From Candidatus Omnitrophota bacterium (GTDB lineage Bacteria > Omnitrophota > Gorgyraeia > Aquiviventales > Aquiviventaceae): a stretch of DNA of 64,000 bases. The position numbers were made by a program, and so were the translations under genes. The notes under the pieces were generated by a model. That model saw only the letters and a program-made list of their open reading frames with translations. It was not told the DNA's origin and did not search any database. The stretch spans positions 6,659-70,658 of the forward strand of contig JACPRA010000027.1 of NCBI GenBank assembly GCA_016190215.1. The letters are read 5' to 3'. Of this stretch, positions 58,881-64,000 are shown piece after piece. Position 1 is the stretch's first letter, and each line of letters begins with the position of its first letter.

Positions 58881-60392
58881 ATGCGCCGTCGCGTCGCGTG
58901 CGTCCCCTCTTTGGCGGAATGTTCCCGCCTCGCCCGCCGGGCGAGCGTGGTGCCGGTCTGGGGCGAAATCCCGGATGATGTGGACACCCCCGTCAGCGCC
59001 TGGCTGAAGCTCGACGACGGGCGCGACAGCTTTCTGTTGGAGTCCGTCGCCGGCGGCGAGCACGTGGCGCGCTATTCGTTCGTCGGCAGCCGGCCCCACC
59101 TGGTGTTCGAGAGCCGAGGCTCGGATGTGACGCTGCGCGAGCGCGCCGCGGATGGGCGGATCTCGGTCCGAACGTTCCGCGCTCGCCCGGACGCGCTCTC
59201 CGAATTGCAGCGGCTCATGAAGCGCTTCCGCGCCGCGCCGGTGCCGGGGTTGCCGCGCTTCTTCGGCGGGTTGGTGGGCTATGCCGGCTACAACACGGTG
59301 CGGCTGTTGGAGCGCCTGCCGGCGCATCGAAACGACCCGCTGGCGGCACCCGACTTGATGTTCATGCTGGCGGACACGCTGGCGATCTTCGACCACGCGC
59401 AGCACAAGATCATTCTGGTGGCCAACGCCGTCCCAGGTGAAAGCTCGGTCGCCGCGGCGTATCGGCAGGCGGTCTCGCGCATCGAAGAGATGGCGGCACG
59501 GCTCTCGCGCCCGGCCCCAGCCCGACCCCGCGCGGCTCGCCAGCGGGGTGTGGTGGCGGTCCGCTCCAATCTGTCGAAGGCGGCGTTTACCCGGATGGTC
59601 GCGCGCGCCAAAGCCTACATCAAGGCGGGCGACATCATCCAAGTGGTGCTCTCGCAGCGGTTCGAGCGGCCGCTGCAGGCCGCCCCGGTGGACGTGTACC
59701 GCGCGCTGCGGACGCTGAACCCCTCGCCCTACATGTTCCTGCTGCGCCACGGGGGCATGAGCCTGGTGGGCGCCTCGCCGGAAATGCTGGTGCGCTGCGA
59801 GGAAGGGCAGTTGGAGACGCGGCCCATCGCCGGCACGCGCTCCCGCGGCGCAACACCGCAGGAAGAAGCGCGCCTCGTCGAGCAGTTGCGCCGCAGCCCC
59901 AAGGAGCGGGCCGAGCACCTGATGCTGGTGGACCTGGGGCGCAATGATCTGGGCCGCGTGGCCCAGGTGGGCTCGGTCGAAACGCCGGAGCTGATGGTGG
60001 TCGAAAAATATTCGCACGTGATGCACCTGGTCAGCTCGGTGACGGCCAAGCTGCGCCGGGGTCTGACCCCATTCGACGTGCTGCGGGCCACGTTCCCGGC
60101 CGGCACGGTGGCCGGCGCCCCCAAAGTCCGCGCCATGGAGATCATCGCCGAGCTGGAGCCGGACGGCCGCGGCCCGTATGCCGGCGCGGTGGGCTATGTA
60201 AGCTTTTCCGGCAACCTGGACACCTGTATTACCATCCGTACGGTGTTCATCCAAGACGGGCGCGCCTCGGTGCAGGCCGGAGCCGGCATCGTGGCGGACT
60301 CTGACGCGGGGCGCGAGTACCAGGAAACGATCCACAAAGCGCGCGGCTGCCTGGCGGCCATCGAGCGCGCCGAGGCCGGGACACGACCATGA
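58881..60392 (+). CDS. trpE: Anthranilate synthase component I
   Basis: Chorismate-binding domain ([16 protein letters not shown], and [20 protein letters not shown]). Confidence 0.9.
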   Translation: MRRRVACVPSLAECSRLARRASVVPVWGEIPDDVDTPVSAWLKLDDGRDSFLLESVAGGEHVARYSFVGSRPHLVFESRGSDVTLRERAADGRISVRTFRARPDALSELQRLMKRFRAAPVPGLPRFFGGLVGYAGYNTVRLLERLPAHRNDPLAAPDLMFMLADTLAIFDHAQHKIILVANAVPGESSVAAAYRQAVSRIEEMAARLSRPAPARPRAARQRGVVAVRSNLSKAAFTRMVARAKAYIKAGDIIQVVLSQRFERPLQAAPVDVYRALRTLNPSPYMFLLRHGGMSLVGASPEMLVRCEEGQLETRPIAGTRSRGATPQEEARLVEQLRRSPKERAEHLMLVDLGRNDLGRVAQVGSVETPELMVVEKYSHVMHLVSSVTAKLRRGLTPFDVLRATFPAGTVAGAPKVRAMEIIAELEPDGRGPYAGAVGYVSFSGNLDTCITIRTVFIQDGRASVQAGAGIVADSDAGREYQETIHKARGCLAAIERAEAGTRP

Positions 60393-60973
60393 TCGTGATG
60401 ATCGATAACTACGACTCCTTCACCTACAACCTCGTCCAGTATTTCGGCGAGCTGGGGGAAGAGCTGAAAGTAGTGCGCAACGACGCCATGACGGTCGCGC
60501 AGATCCGCAAGCTGCGCCCCAGCAGCATCGTGATTTCGCCCGGCCCGGGCAGCCCCAAGGATGCCGGCGTCTCCAACGCGGTGATCCGCGAGCTGGGCCC
60601 GACGACGCCGCTGCTGGGCGTGTGCCTGGGGCATCAGTGTATCGGGGAAGTGTTCGGCGGCACGGTGGTGGGGGCCAAGCGGCTGATGCACGGCAAGACC
60701 TCGCAGATCCATCACGACAATACGGGGCTCTTCCAGAAGCTGCCCAACCCGTTCGAAGCCACCCGCTACCATTCGCTCATCGTCCGCCGCGAAGACGTGC
60801 CGAAGACGTTGCGCGTCACCGCGTGGACGGCGGAGAAGGAGATCATGGGGCTGCAGCACGTGCGCTATCCCATTTACGGCGTCCAATTCCACCCGGAGTC
60901 CATCCTGACCACCGCCGGCAAATCCCTCCTCAAGAACTTCCTGACGCTGGCCAAGGCGGCCCGGCGCCGGTAA
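60389..60973 (+). CDS. trpG: Anthranilate synthase component II (glutamine amidotransferase)
   Basis: Contains [23 protein letters not shown] and VQFHPES. Confidence 0.9.
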   Translation: MIVMIDNYDSFTYNLVQYFGELGEELKVVRNDAMTVAQIRKLRPSSIVISPGPGSPKDAGVSNAVIRELGPTTPLLGVCLGHQCIGEVFGGTVVGAKRLMHGKTSQIHHDNTGLFQKLPNPFEATRYHSLIVRREDVPKTLRVTAWTAEKEIMGLQHVRYPIYGVQFHPESILTTAGKSLLKNFLTLAKAARRR

Positions 60974-60980
60974 CGCGCTT

Positions 60981-62003
60981 ATGTCCGCCCTCGTGGATGC
61001 CATTGCCGCCGGGCCGCTCGACGAGGCGGCGATGACGGACGTCATGGAGCGCATGATGACCCAGGCCATGCCGCCGGAGGAAGTCGGCGCGGTCTTGCGC
61101 GCCCTGGCCGCGCGCGGGGAAACCGCCGCCGAGCTGATCGCCGGCGCGCGCGTGCTGCGCCGGCATGCGACACCCCTGCCGCTCTCCGCTCCGCTGGAGC
61201 TGGGCGACACTTGCGGCACCGGCGGGGACCAGCGCGGCACCATCAACGTCTCAACCCTGGCGGCGCTGGCCGCCTCCGCCTGCGGCGTGGGCATCGCGAA
61301 GCACGGCAATCGCGCCGCCTCCAGCCGCTGCGGCAGCGCGGACGTGCTGGAGGCCCTCGGGCTGAACCTCGCCATCACCCCGGCGCGGGTGGGGCAGTCC
61401 ATTGAGCATTTGGGATTTGGGTTTTGTTTCGCCCCCCTCTTCCACCCGGCCATGAAGGCCGTCGCCCCCATCCGCAAGGAGCTGGGCATTCGGACCATCT
61501 TCAACCTGCTGGGGCCGCTGGCGAACCCGGCCCCGCTGACCTTCCAGTTGCTGGGCGTGTCGGACCGGAAATTTTTGCAGCCTTTGGCCGAGGCGATGCT
61601 GGCTCTGGAGATTCGCCGGGGCCTGGTGGTGCATGGTTTGGACGGGCTTGATGAAGTGACGACCACCGGCGAGACGGAGTACCTGGAAATCATCGCAGGC
61701 GCGATTCGCCCCGGGCGGATTTCGCCGGATGCGCTGGGAGTGCCGCGCGGCCGGCTGGAAACGCTGCAGGGCGGGGATGTTCAGCGCAATGCCGCGATGG
61801 CCCGCGAGGTGCTCTCCGGCGCGCCCTCGCCCTGCCGCGACCTCGTGGCGCTCAACGCCGGCTGCGTGCTGTACGTCGCCCAGGCCGCGTCCACGATTGA
61901 CGAGGGCATGCGCATGGCCACAGCCGCCTTGAAGGAAGGGCATGCCCGCCGGATGCTGGACGACGTGGTGGCTTTCTCAAAGGCGTCGGAGCGCGCGCGA
62001 TGA
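60981..62003 (+). CDS. trpD: Anthranilate phosphoribosyltransferase
   Basis: Contains DTCGTGGDQRGTINVST and KHGNRAASSRCGSADVLEALG. Confidence 0.9.
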   Translation: MSALVDAIAAGPLDEAAMTDVMERMMTQAMPPEEVGAVLRALAARGETAAELIAGARVLRRHATPLPLSAPLELGDTCGTGGDQRGTINVSTLAALAASACGVGIAKHGNRAASSRCGSADVLEALGLNLAITPARVGQSIEHLGFGFCFAPLFHPAMKAVAPIRKELGIRTIFNLLGPLANPAPLTFQLLGVSDRKFLQPLAEAMLALEIRRGLVVHGLDGLDEVTTTGETEYLEIIAGAIRPGRISPDALGVPRGRLETLQGGDVQRNAAMAREVLSGAPSPCRDLVALNAGCVLYVAQAASTIDEGMRMATAALKEGHARRMLDDVVAFSKASERAR

Positions 62004-62785
62004 TCTTGGACGAAATCCTCGCAGCCAAGCGCCGGGAAATCGAGGCCGCCAAGCGGCGGCTGGCGCCGGACGAGCTGATGCGGCGGGCCGGCGCCTACCG
62101 CGCGCAGCGCGATTTTGCCGGGGCCTTACGCGGCGCCGCAGGCCGGCCCGCCCTCATCGCGGAGCTAAAGCGGCGCTCGCCCTCCAAGGGCATGCTGCGG
62201 GAGCGCTTCGACCCGGTGAGCCTGGCTCAGCAGCTTCAAGAGGCCGGGGCCTCAGCGCTGTCCGTGCTGACCGACGAGCAGTTCTTCAGCGGCTGCCTGG
62301 ATTTCTTGCGCGATGCGCACCAGTTTACCGAGGTGCCGTGCCTGCGGAAAGACTTCATCCTGGAGCCCTACCAGATCTACGAGGCCGCGATCTACGAAGC
62401 GGATGCCGTGCTGCTCATCGTGGCCGCGCTCTCCGACGACACGCTGCGCGACTGCCTGCAAACGGCGACGCGGCTCGAGATGGCCGCCCTGGTCGAAGTT
62501 CATGCGGAAGCCGAGCTGCAGCGGGCGCTGACAGCCGGGGCGCAGGTGATCGGCATCAACCACCGCGACCTGCGCACCTTCCAGATGTACCCCGACCTCA
62601 CCGACCGCCTGGTGCCGCAGATTCCGCGCGACCGCCTGATCGTGGCCGAAAGCGGCATCCAGACCCCGCAGGATCTCCTGCGGCTGCGCGATCTGGGCGT
62701 CCACGCCGTGCTGATCGGCGAAGCGCTGATGACCGCCCCCGACGTCCGCGCCAAAGTCCGCGAGCTCTTCACCGGTGTTTGGTAA
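62000..62785 (+). CDS. trpC: Indole-3-glycerol phosphate synthase
   Basis: Contains LIAELKRRSPSKG, PCLRKDFI and IGINHRDL. Confidence 0.9.
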   Translation: MILDEILAAKRREIEAAKRRLAPDELMRRAGAYRAQRDFAGALRGAAGRPALIAELKRRSPSKGMLRERFDPVSLAQQLQEAGASALSVLTDEQFFSGCLDFLRDAHQFTEVPCLRKDFILEPYQIYEAAIYEADAVLLIVAALSDDTLRDCLQTATRLEMAALVEVHAEAELQRALTAGAQVIGINHRDLRTFQMYPDLTDRLVPQIPRDRLIVAESGIQTPQDLLRLRDLGVHAVLIGEALMTAPDVRAKVRELFTGVW

Positions 62786-62799
62786 ACATGTCTCTCGAA

Positions 62800-62828
62800 T
62801 TTACAATGAGTACATTTTAGTGTACACT
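62800..62828 (+). promoter_or_regulatory. Candidate TA promoter (TTTACA-17 nt-TACACT) with overlapping palindromic operator AGTGTACACT
   Basis: The perfect 10-bp palindrome at 62819-62828 covers the -10. A second GTACA half-site lies at 62810-62814. Confidence 0.4.
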
Positions 62829-62849
62829 AATGGGCGGAGGTGAGACGCA

Positions 62850-63122
62850 ATGGTGAACACGGTTAGCATTAAGGAGTTGCGGCCCGAGTTGCCCAAGGTT
62901 ATTTCTCGGATTGACGGGAAGCTGGCCCGGTACATTGTGACGAGGCGAGGGAAACCGGTTGTCGTGATGATGAGTGTGGAGGATTACGAGTCGTTAATGG
63001 AGACGCTTGACATCTTGGCTGATCCCAAGGCCATGGCCGGTTTGCGGCAGGGTGAGGAAGATATTCGTAAAGGCCGCACCCGTTCCTGGAAAGACATCAA
63101 GGGTTCTCTTGGCCGCCTATAG
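62850..63122 (+). CDS. Phd/YefM-family antitoxin
   Basis: Contains VSIKELRPELPKVISRI...VVMMSVEDYESLMETLDIL. Followed by an overlapping toxin gene. Confidence 0.8.
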   Translation: MVNTVSIKELRPELPKVISRIDGKLARYIVTRRGKPVVVMMSVEDYESLMETLDILADPKAMAGLRQGEEDIRKGRTRSWKDIKGSLGRL

Positions 63123-63375
63123 GGTTGAACTTTCTCATCACGCCGAACGAATTGCGCGGCGTATGGCAGTGCGGGAACCTGCTCTGTACGAGCGGGTTGT
63201 TCACGCGTTGGATGATCTTGGGCGAGACCCATTCCAAGGCAAACCCCTTAAGGGGGAATTGCAGGGTCGGTATTCTTATCGTGTGGGAAGCTATCGAATC
63301 CTCTACGTGATCCATCAGCACCGCTTATCAGTGCTGATTATTGACATCGGCCACCGACGAGACATCTATCGATGA
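63109..63375 (+). CDS. RelE/ParE-family toxin
   Basis: Contains YRVELSHHAERIARRM...PLKGELQGRYSYRVGSYRILYVIHQHRLSVLIIDIGHRRDIY. A TTG start at 63109 overlaps the antitoxin end; the start is inferred. Confidence 0.75.
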   Translation: MAAYRVELSHHAERIARRMAVREPALYERVVHALDDLGRDPFQGKPLKGELQGRYSYRVGSYRILYVIHQHRLSVLIIDIGHRRDIYR

Positions 63376-63399
63376 ATGGAGCCGACAGGAGAGGCGACT

Positions 63400-63540
63400 A
63401 TGGGCAGGAAAACCGCTGATCTGAACATGCCGATCGGTAAACTGACGCGGGTGAAGGATGTCTTGCCTCCGCCAGACCGGCTGGCCATGCCGAAAGACGC
63501 CATCAAGGGCACCCCGGCATTATTACCCACTGCTAAGTAG
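63400..63540 (+). CDS. 46-aa mini-ORF (MGRKTADLNMPIGKLTRVKDVLPPPDRL...), possibly a truncated antitoxin-like gene
   Basis: Not in the track because it is under 60 aa. CAGGAGAGG SD upstream of the ATG at 63400. No homology could be checked. Confidence 0.3.
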   Translation: MGRKTADLNMPIGKLTRVKDVLPPPDRLAMPKDAIKGTPALLPTAK

Positions 63541-63549
63541 GCGTCTTCT

Positions 63550-64000
63550 TTGGATAAAGTCGGGTTTGCCTGCCATCCCAGCTTCATCGCTCATGACACC
63601 GGGCCGGGGCATCCGGAGCGGCCGGAGCGCCTGCTCGCCATCCTCAAGCATCTCCACGACACCGGCCTGATCACACAGCTTCACCTGCTTGAGCCCAAGC
63701 CTGCACCCCGCGACGTGATCGAGCTGGTCCACCCCGCAGCCTATGTGACCGCCATCGAGCACGCCTGCCGCGAGGGCCCGACCGCGCTGGACCCAGACAC
63801 TATGGCCTCGCCAGGTTCGTGGGAAGCGGCCCTTCGCGCCGTCGGCGCCGTCACCGGGGCCATTGATGCGGTCATGGCCGGGCAGGTGAGCGCCGCATTC
63901 TGCGCGGTGCGCCCGCCGGGCCACCATGCGCTGGCGGAAGACGCGATGGGGTTTTGCCTCTTCAACAACATCGCGATTGGCGCCCGCTACGCGCAGCAGC
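63550..64000 (+). CDS. Histone deacetylase/acetoin-utilisation (HDAC/AcuC) family protein, N-terminal part (3' end outside window)
   Basis: My own translation of this frame gives VGFACHPSFIAHDTGPGHPERPERL...VRPPGHHA...GFCLFNNIAI. It is not in the track because no stop lies inside the window. The TTG start at 63550 is inferred. Confidence 0.75.
   Translation, partial: MDKVGFACHPSFIAHDTGPGHPERPERLLAILKHLHDTGLITQLHLLEPKPAPRDVIELVHPAAYVTAIEHACREGPTALDPDTMASPGSWEAALRAVGAVTGAIDAVMAGQVSAAFCAVRPPGHHALAEDAMGFCLFNNIAIGARYAQQ

Noticed and set aside
63523-63927. 134-aa minus-strand ORF at the window end.
   Set aside because: The + strand frame gives a clear HDAC-family N-terminus (HPERPERL, RPPGHHA, GFCLFNN). 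The minus-strand ORF is antisense noise.

Overview
GC-rich bacterial chromosomal window (GC not computed), almost entirely coding. All genes are on the + strand except cinA. I could not run any database searches; calls rest on motifs read from the supplied translations and on hand inspection of intergenic DNA. Gene order: (1) a partial type IV pilus/T2SS-like assembly block with PilN-, PilO- and PilP-like genes and two tandem secretin paralogues (1-5734). (2) lacI-family regulator, a Rossmann oxidoreductase, bioF, bioD. (3) a coiled-coil protein, aroA, mreBCD, mrdA, rodA. (4) a large type IVa pilus cluster (17.6-32.2 kb). It opens with what I read as a c-di-GMP-I (GEMM-I) riboswitch plus intrinsic terminator. 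This is followed by a small protein, a catalytically degenerate HAMP-GAF-GGDEF protein, pilT, a stand-alone MshEN-type c-di-GMP-binding domain protein, two tandem pilB ATPases, pilC, three pilins, pilMNOPQ and a small secreted protein. (5) Housekeeping genes: cvpA, dnaG, rpoD, two tRNAs, COG1579 Zn-ribbon protein, rnhA, RNase P RNA, rpsO, pnp, ftsK, rodZ-like, rimO, pgsA, pgpA, thpR, cinA(-), recA, htrA, recX, alaS. (6) hisDBHAFI and trpEGDC. (7) a lower-GC Phd/RelE toxin-antitoxin module, a mini-ORF and a partial HDAC-family gene. The most interesting signals are the multi-layer c-di-GMP wiring of the pilus motor genes, the tandem secretins carrying EF-hand/dockerin-like inserts, a conserved palindromic core with non-conserved but complementary arms found twice, and three families of tandem heptanucleotide repeats arranged as inverted arrays, one of them inside hisF. 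Many long antisense or alternate-frame ORFs in the track are high-GC artefacts and were not called.
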